Source: a virus
Taxonomy: Duplodnaviria; Heunggongvirae; Uroviricota; Caudoviricetes
DNA length: 64,000 bases
Direction: 5' to 3' (one strand)
Virus record (IMG/VR): IMGVR_UViG_3300045051_000014
Below, piece by piece: positions 7,606-16,607 of the stretch (position 1 is its first letter; the number at the start of each line of letters is the position of its first letter). Made by a program: the position numbers and the translations under genes. The notes beneath the pieces were generated by a model. The model did not search any database. It was given only the letters and a program-made list of their open reading frames with translations, and was not told where the DNA came from.

Positions 7606-7700
7606 TCTCGGGACAATTTACCCACGGTAGAGGTTGATCACCCACGATTTGAAGATGATCCGGAATTGATCACCGGGGATTCAGATAGGGTAAATTGGAG

Positions 7701-7730
7701 AGGGCGTGCCGAAGGGTGCGCCCTTTTTTT
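7701..7730 (+). terminator. Rho-independent terminator after gp32
   Basis: AGGGCGTGCC-GAAG-GGTGCGCCCT followed by a T-run. Confidence 0.8.
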
Positions 7731-7734
7731 GCGT

Positions 7735-7741
7735 CTAAATA
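7735..7741 (+). promoter_or_regulatory. T4-type late promoter (CTAAATA)
   Basis: Variant of T4 TATAAATA directly before gp4; the same motif recurs before many structural genes. Confidence 0.75.
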
Positions 7742-7746
7742 CTGGT

Positions 7747-8172
7747 ATGGCATACAGTGGACGCTTTACACCGCAGAACCCCCAAAAGTACCTCGGCAAT
7801 CCGACAGGCATCATCTATCGCAGCCTGTGGGAGCGCCGAGTCATGGTCTATTGTGACACCAATTCAGCCGTCCTAGAATGGTCTTCCGAAGAGATTGTCA
7901 TCCCTTACGTGTCGCCGGTTGACGGCAAGGTTCACCGGTACTTCCCCGATTTCTTCATTCGGACCAAAGCCGGGGCAACCATTCTGGAAGTCAAGCCGGA
8001 AAAGCAGACTCAGATGCCGGTCAATAAGAATAAGAAGGTCAACAGGAAGTACCTACGGGAAGTCCTGACCTATGGCGTGAACGATGCCAAGTGGAAAGCA
8101 GCCACGGAATACTGCCTAGATAGGGGATGGAAGTTCAAAGTCATCACCGAGAAAGACTTGGGGATTAAGTAA
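7747..8172 (+). CDS. gp4: Head completion nuclease gp4
   Basis: MAYSGRF.P.NP.KY.GNP..IIYRSLWE, W.SEEI.IPY.SP.DGK.HRYFPDF, NDAKW.AA..YC. Confidence 0.92.
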   Translation: MAYSGRFTPQNPQKYLGNPTGIIYRSLWERRVMVYCDTNSAVLEWSSEEIVIPYVSPVDGKVHRYFPDFFIRTKAGATILEVKPEKQTQMPVNKNKKVNRKYLREVLTYGVNDAKWKAATEYCLDRGWKFKVITEKDLGIK

Positions 8173-8720
8173 TGGCAGCATCAGTATGGGAACGCCTGCG
8201 ACAGCAGATGAAGACTGCCGGGATTCTACCTCGGACGGTCGCGGCTCGCCAGTGGTACGGGGCGGTCATTAACCGTGTCCGTATTCCTACTAATCGGTCT
8301 AATATTCTTAATGATCCCCGAAAAGCGACTGCACACGCCTTGATCGGGCGTATGTACTGCTATCACTATAGACCGAAATATGAAGATGTATTACCAGTAT
8401 GGGACCAGTTTCCCCTTGTTTTGCCTATGGAAATTTACCCTGACGGATTCCTCGGATTGAATTTGCACTATTTGGACCCGTACAACCGGCTTGCCCTTCT
8501 GGAACTCCTGCACGATTTCATCACTAACACTAAATATGACGACTCGACTAGGTTTAAGTTGTCTTATAGTGTGCTGAACGGTATCAAGAAGTACGATATC
8601 ATGAAGCCCTGCATCAAGCGATATCTCCTAGAGTATATGGAATCGTCCATGATCTATGTCGAGCCGGATCAGTGGGAGCTAGCTTGCTTGCTGCCATTCG
8701 AACGGTTCCACCACAACTAA
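8172..8720 (+). CDS. gp2: DNA end protector gp2
   Basis: IGRMY.Y.Y.PKY...LP.WD.FPLV, GFLGLNLHYL, PCIKRYL motifs. Confidence 0.9.
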   Translation: MAASVWERLRQQMKTAGILPRTVAARQWYGAVINRVRIPTNRSNILNDPRKATAHALIGRMYCYHYRPKYEDVLPVWDQFPLVLPMEIYPDGFLGLNLHYLDPYNRLALLELLHDFITNTKYDDSTRFKLSYSVLNGIKKYDIMKPCIKRYLLEYMESSMIYVEPDQWELACLLPFERFHHN

Positions 8721-8729
8721 GGTACGTCC

Positions 8730-9503
8730 ATGTTTCCAGATGCATTCCTAGCTCACGCTGCCGCCCATGCAGATTTCTCAAAACCATCCAAGTTCCTTGT
8801 GATGATCTTTCAGCCATCCGGATTGGTTTCCGGTGGACTCTTGGGTGGACTGATCGGGCAGACAAAGGCAACTCGCGCCCTAATGAAGCCATTGAATACG
8901 GCAGGTCTTGCATTCCAGTGCGAACAGGCAACTCTTCCCGGCTATTCCATCAACACCGTTGAACAAAAAGTCTTCGGTGCGCCATTCTCCATTGCAGCCA
9001 ACCCCGGCGACTACATGCCTCTGGAACTCACGTTCATCAGCATGGGCGACCTATGGGAGCGCAAGTTCTTTGAGGACTGGATGGAGTTCATTATGCCGAA
9101 GGGTAGCGCACGAAGCGGCGCAAGAAGTCTTGCTGCGGAAGGAATGAGATTTGCCAGTGAGATTACTGGATTGGTCAGTCTGGATGCGGCATCCAGAGCG
9201 GCAGGATCGGTCCTGTATCGCGACGAATACATCAGCACGGTTCAGGTCATTTCCCTCCACGACACCGGAATTCCTAATGCTCGTTACACATTCGAAGAAG
9301 CCTATCCTGTGGCAGTCGCACCCTCGCCGCTGAATTGGGGTGACGATGGCATTCAAAGAGTTACGGTGACTTTCAAGTATACCAATTGGAGCCGCGAAGA
9401 GAATCTAATCAAGCAGATCTACGACAAGTTCGGTAAGAATGCCGGTGTGTTTGTTGATGACTTTATCAATGGTCTTCCTCCTACCGGTCGAAGTGGTTTA
9501 TAA
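8730..9503 (+). CDS. gp54: Baseplate tail-tube initiator (gp54/gp19-fold)
   Basis: SKPSKF.V, FQCEQATLPG, ERKFFEDWM.FI, EEAYP.AV...PL.W, VTVTFKY. Confidence 0.65.
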   Translation: MFPDAFLAHAAAHADFSKPSKFLVMIFQPSGLVSGGLLGGLIGQTKATRALMKPLNTAGLAFQCEQATLPGYSINTVEQKVFGAPFSIAANPGDYMPLELTFISMGDLWERKFFEDWMEFIMPKGSARSGARSLAAEGMRFASEITGLVSLDAASRAAGSVLYRDEYISTVQVISLHDTGIPNARYTFEEAYPVAVAPSPLNWGDDGIQRVTVTFKYTNWSREENLIKQIYDKFGKNAGVFVDDFINGLPPTGRSGL

Positions 9504-9519
9504 ACAAAGGTGAAAGATA

Positions 9520-10236
9520 ATGCTACCCAAGATTGAATATCCTCTCTATGAAATTTACCTCCATTCGCTAGATCGTCGGGTCAAGTTCAGACCCTTCCTA
9601 GTGAAAGAAGAAAAGATTCTACTCATGGCAAAGGAAGCGAAGGATGCAGATAGCGCCAAGCTTGCTGTCATGCAGATCATTCAGAACTGTGCGGCTGAAC
9701 CACTCGACGTAGAGACTCTGCCGCTGTTCGATATTGAAATGCTGTTCGTGAAGCTTCGCGCCAAGAGCGTAGGTGAATCGGTCAAGCTTGTCTTCAACTG
9801 CAAGAATGAAGTTGAAGGCAAGCCGTGTGACACTAATACGGATTACACCCTTGATCTGGAAAAGGTCAAGTACGAGATTCCGGATGGTCACGATCCAAAA
9901 GTCATGATCACCGACACGGTTGGAGTACGGCTCAAGTATCCGACGATCAGCAGCACGCTGCATGTCGAAACGAACGAAGCCTATGACAAGATGCTCGCTA
10001 TTCTTCTGGACGGAATCGAATACATCTTCGATGCCGACTCAGTAACAAAGCGCGAAGACTGTACGGATGCACAGTTGATTGAGTTCATCGAATCTCTCAC
10101 ACCAGAGTTCTTTGAACAGGTCAGAACCTTCTACAGAACCTCTCCAAAGGTGGTTCTTGAAGATAGGGTCAAGTGCAAAAAGTGCGGCTTCGAACATAAC
10201 CTACACACGGAGAACCTCCTCGATTTTTTTATCTGA
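9520..10236 (+). CDS. gp26: Baseplate hub subunit gp26
   Basis: LPKI.YP.YE, FRPFLVKEEKILLMA, FDIE.LF.KLRAKSVGE, C-terminal CKKCG..H...L.DFF. Confidence 0.92.
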   Translation: MLPKIEYPLYEIYLHSLDRRVKFRPFLVKEEKILLMAKEAKDADSAKLAVMQIIQNCAAEPLDVETLPLFDIEMLFVKLRAKSVGESVKLVFNCKNEVEGKPCDTNTDYTLDLEKVKYEIPDGHDPKVMITDTVGVRLKYPTISSTLHVETNEAYDKMLAILLDGIEYIFDADSVTKREDCTDAQLIEFIESLTPEFFEQVRTFYRTSPKVVLEDRVKCKKCGFEHNLHTENLLDFFI

Positions 10237-10424
10237 TGCTTGGCTATGATACGCTTGAAGGTTTCATGCGTACCAATTGGGCAATGATGCAGCACCACAA
10301 ATACTCTCTCAGCGACCTTGAGAATGCAATCGCGTGGGAAAGACAGGTGTACATCATGATGACGACGATTTACATCAAGGAAGAGAACGAACGGATCAAA
10401 CTAGAAAGGCAGACTAGACGCTAA
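10236..10424 (+). CDS. gp51: Baseplate hub assembly catalyst gp51
   Basis: L..F.RTN.A.MQHHKYSLSDLEN...WER.VY. Confidence 0.88.
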   Translation: MLGYDTLEGFMRTNWAMMQHHKYSLSDLENAIAWERQVYIMMTTIYIKEENERIKLERQTRR

Positions 10425-12442
10425 TGGCAAAAGAAACAACAGATGTAGCACAGCAGCAGTTTGCATGGCAGACTACTTCTAATGTAAGTAAGGCTATGAT
10501 CGGTGCAGGTTCGGCAGGAAAGAGTCGAATCGCTGCCGGTGTCAGTGCTGCGTGGAAAGCCAAGACGGGATCCATGTATTCCGGAGCGGACACGACCAGT
10601 GTTGCGCGTGTTCTTCGACTTTTCGGCAAGGATAATGCCGCCAAGTGGTATGACCGATTCTTCGCAAAGGAGACTCAACGCGCCGAGCGCGCCTCTCGCG
10701 ATGCCGAGACTACGCCAGACAAAATCGAAACTCAGATTGAGTTAGTCACCGGACTACTCACTGCACAGGGTAAGCGTCTGGATGCCATTCATGGTCTGTT
10801 GGATGCAGTGGCAAGCGAAGTCACATCTATTCGAACCATGCTCTCCCCAAAGGCAGTGGTCATCAAGGGAACCTCCGGTAAGAATCGAAACGTCCAATAC
10901 AATCCACTGGCACCACCCGGAAGCCAATACGCAGAAATTACATCGTCCGGTGCGCTCACTCATAAGAAGCTCTCCGAGAAGGACAAGGAAGTTGCGGGTC
11001 GCCGCATTGCCCTAGAGACTGCCAAGCTCGTTCTCAAGGTCATGGAAGAAGAGAATGGCAAGGTTGAACTGCGCAAGAAGTTTGCGTGGAAGGAAGACGA
11101 TGAGCGATACAAGGTCAAGGATCCGGTTGCAGAGTTGGGTAAGAAGATTGACCACATTGGCGAAGCCTTGGATGAAATGAAGAAGCGCGGCGGATTCCTT
11201 ACTACCATCATGACCATGATTGGTTCTGCACTGAGTATGCTTTCTTCATTCCTCGCACCTGCCGGTCTGGTCGCTCTTGCAGGCGCTCTCGGTTATGCCG
11301 TGGGCAGCTACCTTTCCGAGAAGTTCAAGCTCTCAGAGCGAATTGGCGATGCCGTCGATTGGGCATTGAATAAGGTGGGTTTGGGTAACACCGAGAAAAA
11401 GCGAGAACGAGAATATCAAGACATGATCAATTCCAAGATTGCTGATGCCAATCTCAAACTAATCGGAACGGATTGGAAGGCTGTCGGTCTTGGAACATAT
11501 GAACGTTCTGATGGCAAGGTTTTCAAGGGTCCAGATCTACCAGAAGAAACAAAAGAACTGTTCAGACAACGTGGTGTTGGAGCATTCTCTAGGGATACAC
11601 CACCCGCACCACAAACATCATTCTCTAGTCAGGAACCCGTCAAGGGACCGACTGGCGAACTTAGAAATGCACCGGCAGCAAATCCTGAAAAGGAACTGCT
11701 CGACCTGATCGCAAGTGGTGAGGGTACCGATGACGCAACGGCACAGAAGAAAGGATTTGCCAGTGGCTATGATACAACCGTGTTCTATGGTAAGTATGGT
11801 AAGGACTTCAACGGCAAGCCTGTCTCTAAGTTGACGTTGGGCGAACTGCGCCTGATGCAAAAGGGAATGATTGAGAAGCAGAAGAAGCTAGGCATTCCTG
11901 CCGATAAGCGGTCTTCTGCCGCAGGCAAGTATCAGTTCACATACTCGACTCTATTCGGAGAGGGTGGCAAGCCCGGTCTGATCGAAGAGTTGGGAATCAG
12001 AATGGCAGAGACTTTCTCACCACAGATGCAGGACAGACTGGCGCTCGCTCTTCTGGATAAGGAAGGTCTTTCCAAGGTCAAGAGAGGTGAAATGTCGATT
12101 GAGGAATTCCAAGAAGGAATTTCCGGTCGATGGGCATCGGTCGCGGATCCAGATACAAACAAGGGTAAGTATCACGGACAGAATGCGCGAGTTCGCAACG
12201 AAGACATTCAGCCTGTATTGACTTCCTTGGGTAAGCAGATTGACGAAGGCTCACGGCAGAATGCGGCAGCAAACAGTCCTGCTAACGTCACCGTAGTTGC
12301 TCCACAGCAACAGACGGTGGTGAACAACGTGCCTAATCCCGCCCCACCACGCCCTGTTCAGAAGGCTAATGTGTTGGCTAACGAGCCATCGTTTGTTCGC
12401 GGCGCGTTGGGTAACATTCCTCACCCCACGAATCTACGATAA
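10424..12442 (+). CDS. Tape-measure/baseplate hub protein (gp29 position) with C-terminal lysozyme-like domain
   Basis: Helical N-terminus, hydrophobic Ala/Gly segment, then LLDLIASGEG...SAAGKYQF..STL...FSPQMQD.LA..LL; lies between gp51 and gp48. Confidence 0.75.
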   Translation: MAKETTDVAQQQFAWQTTSNVSKAMIGAGSAGKSRIAAGVSAAWKAKTGSMYSGADTTSVARVLRLFGKDNAAKWYDRFFAKETQRAERASRDAETTPDKIETQIELVTGLLTAQGKRLDAIHGLLDAVASEVTSIRTMLSPKAVVIKGTSGKNRNVQYNPLAPPGSQYAEITSSGALTHKKLSEKDKEVAGRRIALETAKLVLKVMEEENGKVELRKKFAWKEDDERYKVKDPVAELGKKIDHIGEALDEMKKRGGFLTTIMTMIGSALSMLSSFLAPAGLVALAGALGYAVGSYLSEKFKLSERIGDAVDWALNKVGLGNTEKKREREYQDMINSKIADANLKLIGTDWKAVGLGTYERSDGKVFKGPDLPEETKELFRQRGVGAFSRDTPPAPQTSFSSQEPVKGPTGELRNAPAANPEKELLDLIASGEGTDDATAQKKGFASGYDTTVFYGKYGKDFNGKPVSKLTLGELRLMQKGMIEKQKKLGIPADKRSSAAGKYQFTYSTLFGEGGKPGLIEELGIRMAETFSPQMQDRLALALLDKEGLSKVKRGEMSIEEFQEGISGRWASVADPDTNKGKYHGQNARVRNEDIQPVLTSLGKQIDEGSRQNAAANSPANVTVVAPQQQTVVNNVPNPAPPRPVQKANVLANEPSFVRGALGNIPHPTNLR

Positions 12443-12445
12443 ATA
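12439..12445 (+). promoter_or_regulatory. T4-type late promoter (ATAAATA) overlapping a stop codon
   Basis: Motif directly upstream of gp48. Confidence 0.7.
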
Positions 12446-12471
12446 GCACACCACTCCGAGAGTAAGAACGA

Positions 12472-13581
12472 ATGAGCTTCATCGACACAATCAATAAAAA
12501 CGTCAAGCAAGTTGGCGGTGTAATCAAAGAATCCTTTGGTCCGCTTTCCATTCTTGAGTCGTCTTACCGTGATCGTGTGGGCAGCGACCTTCGATACCCG
12601 TTGGACGTAGGTAGCGCAAACCGCTATCCTCACACCGTACAATTTCAGACTTGGCTTCCAAAGCCGATTCCTATTGCCTCTTCTGATCCTGACGAACAGA
12701 AGCTTTTCGACACTCAGGGAAAGAACATTGGTCAGAAGATCATGGGCGCACTCTCAAGCACAAAAGAAAAGCTAGAGAATCGCGGCGTTCCTACAGAAGC
12801 CTATCCCGGCATGGACATGCGTGTAAACAAGAATCAGAGATACAATCAGCGTATGTTTGATTTCACTCGTCGCGCCGTTCCCTCGGATCTGATCACCATG
12901 TACTCTCCTGTTTCGTGGATGGATCGTCACAACAACGCATACAACGAACAGTCGATGACTGCCGCATTCGGTGCTATCGGCGCGGTTGTCGAAGCTGCGT
13001 CTTCGATTCTAGAAGAATACAAGTCCGATGCCGACTGGCGCAAGAACCTTGGTAACATGGTTAACAAAGCCGGTGAAGTTGCCAATGGACCGGCAGGCAT
13101 GGAAGTCATTGGCGGTGTGCTAAGTGGATTGGGAATGGATGGTGCAGTAGTCCGCGATGCAGGACTGACCGCAATGGGCTATGCCATGAATCCTCAGTTC
13201 GAAATGCTCTATGGTGGAACCAACCTCAGAGAGTTCCAATTCGACTTCATTATGACTCCACGCAACGAAAAGGAAGCCGAAACGATCAAGAACATCATCA
13301 AGGCATTCAAGTGGCACGCTTCGCCAGAATATGTGAAGGGACAGGGACGTTACATCATTCCACCTTCCTACTTTGACATTACCTTCTGCTTCAACGGTGC
13401 CATGTCACCTTGGCTACCAGTTATTTCCACCTGCGTTCTCAAGACGGTGGACGTAGACTATTCGGGCGGTATTGACCAGTGGGCAACTCATGCGGACGGT
13501 TCGCCTGTTCAGACTAAGATGACTCTGGTATTCTCAGAACTGGAAATGATGCACAAGACCCTCCGTAAGATGGGATACTAA
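12472..13581 (+). CDS. gp48: Baseplate tail-tube cap gp48
   Basis: AMNP.FEMLY.G..LREFQFDF.M.PRN.KEA..I..II..FK.H..P, P..F.I.F, CVL..VDVDY. Confidence 0.9.
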   Translation: MSFIDTINKNVKQVGGVIKESFGPLSILESSYRDRVGSDLRYPLDVGSANRYPHTVQFQTWLPKPIPIASSDPDEQKLFDTQGKNIGQKIMGALSSTKEKLENRGVPTEAYPGMDMRVNKNQRYNQRMFDFTRRAVPSDLITMYSPVSWMDRHNNAYNEQSMTAAFGAIGAVVEAASSILEEYKSDADWRKNLGNMVNKAGEVANGPAGMEVIGGVLSGLGMDGAVVRDAGLTAMGYAMNPQFEMLYGGTNLREFQFDFIMTPRNEKEAETIKNIIKAFKWHASPEYVKGQGRYIIPPSYFDITFCFNGAMSPWLPVISTCVLKTVDVDYSGGIDQWATHADGSPVQTKMTLVFSELEMMHKTLRKMGY

Positions 13582-13583
13582 TC

Positions 13584-14270
13584 ATGGAATACTTCGCACA
13601 GATTCCGGCAGTTGTCTACCCATCCATACAGGATAATGGGGCAACCAACGTTGCGCTCACCAATATTCTAACCCGTTCGGCATTCCTACGCGAAATCGTT
13701 GAGAATTCGGCACTCTTCTATGAGTATCAGGTTAAGGATGGTGAGACACCCGAAGTCATTGCGGATAAGCTCTATGGCGACCCGAAGCGATTCTGGATCG
13801 TCCTGCTCTTCAACAATCTCTCTAATCCGTCTTATGACTTTCCATTGGTTCAAGAACAACTCAACGCATTCATCGAATCCAAGTACGGAACAAGCCTTGC
13901 AGTGGCGCAGTCTACCATTCACCACTATGAAGAGCGCATCACTTCCATCGTGTATTTCAATGCGGTAGAACAGTCCAGAAGTGAGAACACGTACACGATC
14001 AGCTATTATGTGCAGGACGAGAATACTGGCATTGCCATTCCTCGACCATCCCTTCCATCAATACCGGACTCATGTATTGACGGTCCTACGACCACAGAAA
14101 CATTTGCCAATGGTATCTCGGTTGTTACCTCCACGAAGTATTGTAACGTGACGAATTACACGTATGAGTTTCTGGAGAACGAGAAGCGTAGAAGCATTCG
14201 CCTGTTGGACGTTCAGTACGTTCTTACGGTCGAAAGCGAATTCCGGAGATTGATGGCTGATGGCAACTGA
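13584..14270 (+). CDS. gp53: Baseplate wedge protein gp53
   Basis: YF...P...Y, Y.VKDGETPE.IA.KLYGD....WIVLL.N, NE.RR.I.LL...Y. Confidence 0.9.
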   Translation: MEYFAQIPAVVYPSIQDNGATNVALTNILTRSAFLREIVENSALFYEYQVKDGETPEVIADKLYGDPKRFWIVLLFNNLSNPSYDFPLVQEQLNAFIESKYGTSLAVAQSTIHHYEERITSIVYFNAVEQSRSENTYTISYYVQDENTGIAIPRPSLPSIPDSCIDGPTTTETFANGISVVTSTKYCNVTNYTYEFLENEKRRSIRLLDVQYVLTVESEFRRLMADGN

Positions 14271-15564
14271 TAACACAACAACCACGCCTCCTATTCCTAG
14301 CGATGAGTACGTAGATAGCGTAGACTTTCGAACAAGGTCCGTTCTACATATCTCAGCCGATGGTAAGTCGCGAGACATTACCAATCTAGTGCTAGAGATT
14401 CAGGTTCGGCAAGACATGTACCTCGGATTCATGAGCGGTGAAATGCTTGTGGTGGATGGTATTGATCTTCATTCGCGTTCGGCAATGCACGGCAACGAAT
14501 ACATCTTCCTACATCTGACCGAGCCGGATCAGAACGTTTCGATCAAGAAGGCATTCCGCATCTACAAGTTGGGCAATCGTTTTCCGATTACCTCTGGTGG
14601 ACAGCGATATGTCATCTACTTTGCGTCGGTTGAACTGTTCGAATCCTCACAGAAGAAGATCAGCAAGGCATACAAGAGTTCCACTGTATCGGATGTTGCG
14701 AAGGATATTATCAAGAACTACTTGATGGTAGACGACGAACGTATCATCGTGGATGAAACCACGGATTCACAGGATATTATCGTTCCGTTTCTACATCCGG
14801 CAGAGGCATTGAACTGGCTCGCATCCCGCGCCTACTCACAGGATGCCACATGCTTCATGTTCTATGAGAATCTGAACGGATACAACTTTCGCTCTCTTTC
14901 ATCCGTCTTCAAGGCACCGTCGCCGGTCAAGGTTCCGTTTGTTTTCGAAAACAAGCAGGGTATGAAGCAGTTGGACATGGACAAGTACACTCTCGACAAC
15001 ATAGAGAGTAAGAAGGATTTCGATTCGCTTTCTACTCTGACTTCCGGTGGCGTTGCGCTGTCCCTGCTAGGACTGGATCCAATCGCACAGTCCAGAACTA
15101 AGACTGAGTATGGGCAGGACACATTGCCGACGCTCTTCAAGAATCCGGCAATGACTAATCCAGATAATCTCTTCAAGAAGACCGATGCTTACGCACTCAC
15201 CTATCTACAGACTCCGATAACTCGTTCTGAGAAGTTTGTGAAAAGAATCATGAGCCTTGCGACTCTCAATAACTCTCAGTTGGAAATCACGGTTCCCGGC
15301 AGTATGCGCCTACAGGTAGGAACGACAGTTTCACTTCGCATTCCTTATGCCACCACACCGTCTGATGATTCGGAGATATGGGACAGGCGCAAGAGTGGTA
15401 AATATTTGATCGTTGCCGCGAACCACAAGTTCGATATGTCTAACCACAGATTCAATACCCTATTGCTTCTGGCGCGAGATTCGATGCCAGAGGCTCTGCC
15501 GCAGGCAGACAATCAGCTTCCAGATAAGATTCGGAAGCTCAATGCGAAGGCGAACAAAGAATGA
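14260..15564 (+). CDS. Baseplate hub protein (gp27-like)
   Basis: Between gp53 and gp5; ISKAY...S, P..A.NWLA, F.FYEN..GYNF.SL, VPG...L.VG, SGKYLI.A..H.F. Confidence 0.75.
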   Translation: MATDNTTTTPPIPSDEYVDSVDFRTRSVLHISADGKSRDITNLVLEIQVRQDMYLGFMSGEMLVVDGIDLHSRSAMHGNEYIFLHLTEPDQNVSIKKAFRIYKLGNRFPITSGGQRYVIYFASVELFESSQKKISKAYKSSTVSDVAKDIIKNYLMVDDERIIVDETTDSQDIIVPFLHPAEALNWLASRAYSQDATCFMFYENLNGYNFRSLSSVFKAPSPVKVPFVFENKQGMKQLDMDKYTLDNIESKKDFDSLSTLTSGGVALSLLGLDPIAQSRTKTEYGQDTLPTLFKNPAMTNPDNLFKKTDAYALTYLQTPITRSEKFVKRIMSLATLNNSQLEITVPGSMRLQVGTTVSLRIPYATTPSDDSEIWDRRKSGKYLIVAANHKFDMSNHRFNTLLLLARDSMPEALPQADNQLPDKIRKLNAKANKE

Positions 15565-16607
15565 ACGACATGCGCTACTTTCTAGGTAAGGAAGGATTCG
15601 TCTGGTGGATGGGTGTGGTCGAAGACCGCAACGATCCAGACCAGTTAGGTCGCGTGCGCGTTCGCTGCTTTGGCTGGCACACGGATGACAAGAGTTTGAT
15701 ACCCACAGATGCATTGCCTTGGGCGCATCCTGTGCATCCGGTTTCCGTGCCAGCCTCTTACACTCCGAAAGAGGGTGATTGGGTTGTGGGCTTCTTTGCG
15801 GACGGAGATTCCGCACAACAGCCAGTCATTCTCGGTGTTCTTACGGGCAAGCCAAAAGAGAAGCCGGATGCTGCCGCAGGATTCTCGGATCCCGCAGGCG
15901 TATATCCAAAGCGTCTGAATGAATCAACAATGAATCGTCTTTCGCGTGGGCGCAAAGACGGCACGATTCATGAGACTCGCTCCCGCAATCTCAAGAAGGG
16001 CGTAAAGAAGGTCGGAGGTTCCACATGGAACGAACCGGAGCCTACCTTTGCACCACAGTATCCTTTCAACTTTGCCATTGAATCCGAATCCGGTCACTCG
16101 TTCGAACTGGACGATACCACAGGCAAGGAACGTGTTCATCTGGCGCACAAGAATGGATCCTACATTGAGTTCGACTCGCAGGGAAATCGTGTCGAGAAGA
16201 TTGTAAAGGACAAGTTTACAGTGGTAGTGGGTAATGATAATATCTCCATCGACGGTATCTGTAATATTACCGTGACTGGCGATTGCAATCTCAAGACGGG
16301 TGGAAGTCTCAACATCGAAGCGTCTAAGAACGTCAATATCTCCGCAGGCAAGGATGTTCGCATCAAAGCCGGTGGTAAGTTCATGGCAGAAGGCAACACA
16401 GTGGACGTAAAGGGCAAAGGCGCAGTCAAGGTCGGCGGCGGTGGCAAGCTATCGCTCAAGGGCAAGTCCACGGCTGTACAGGGATCGTCCGTTACGCTAG
16501 GCGGCAAGGTCGCTAACAAGGTCAAGACGAAGCACGGCATTGGCAAGATTCTGCCTACCGGATCCGCATCCTCTCCATCTAACACCGGCTTGAAGAGTCC
16601 CTCATAA
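15561..16607 (+). CDS. gp5: Baseplate central spike gp5 (OB-fold plus beta-helix, no lysozyme domain)
   Basis: FVWW.GVVEDRNDP..LGRVRVRC.G.H, P.EG.WVVGFF.DG..AQQP..LG, ESESGH.FE.DDT.G.ER.H..H..GSY.E. Confidence 0.92.
   Translation: MNDMRYFLGKEGFVWWMGVVEDRNDPDQLGRVRVRCFGWHTDDKSLIPTDALPWAHPVHPVSVPASYTPKEGDWVVGFFADGDSAQQPVILGVLTGKPKEKPDAAAGFSDPAGVYPKRLNESTMNRLSRGRKDGTIHETRSRNLKKGVKKVGGSTWNEPEPTFAPQYPFNFAIESESGHSFELDDTTGKERVHLAHKNGSYIEFDSQGNRVEKIVKDKFTVVVGNDNISIDGICNITVTGDCNLKTGGSLNIEASKNVNISAGKDVRIKAGGKFMAEGNTVDVKGKGAVKVGGGGKLSLKGKSTAVQGSSVTLGGKVANKVKTKHGIGKILPTGSASSPSNTGLKSPS

Noticed and set aside
7606-7746. Open frame linking the gp32 stop in-frame to gp4 (possible readthrough fusion)
   Set aside because: About 47 stop-free codons can occur by chance; the interval contains a terminator and a late promoter, and the stop is TAA
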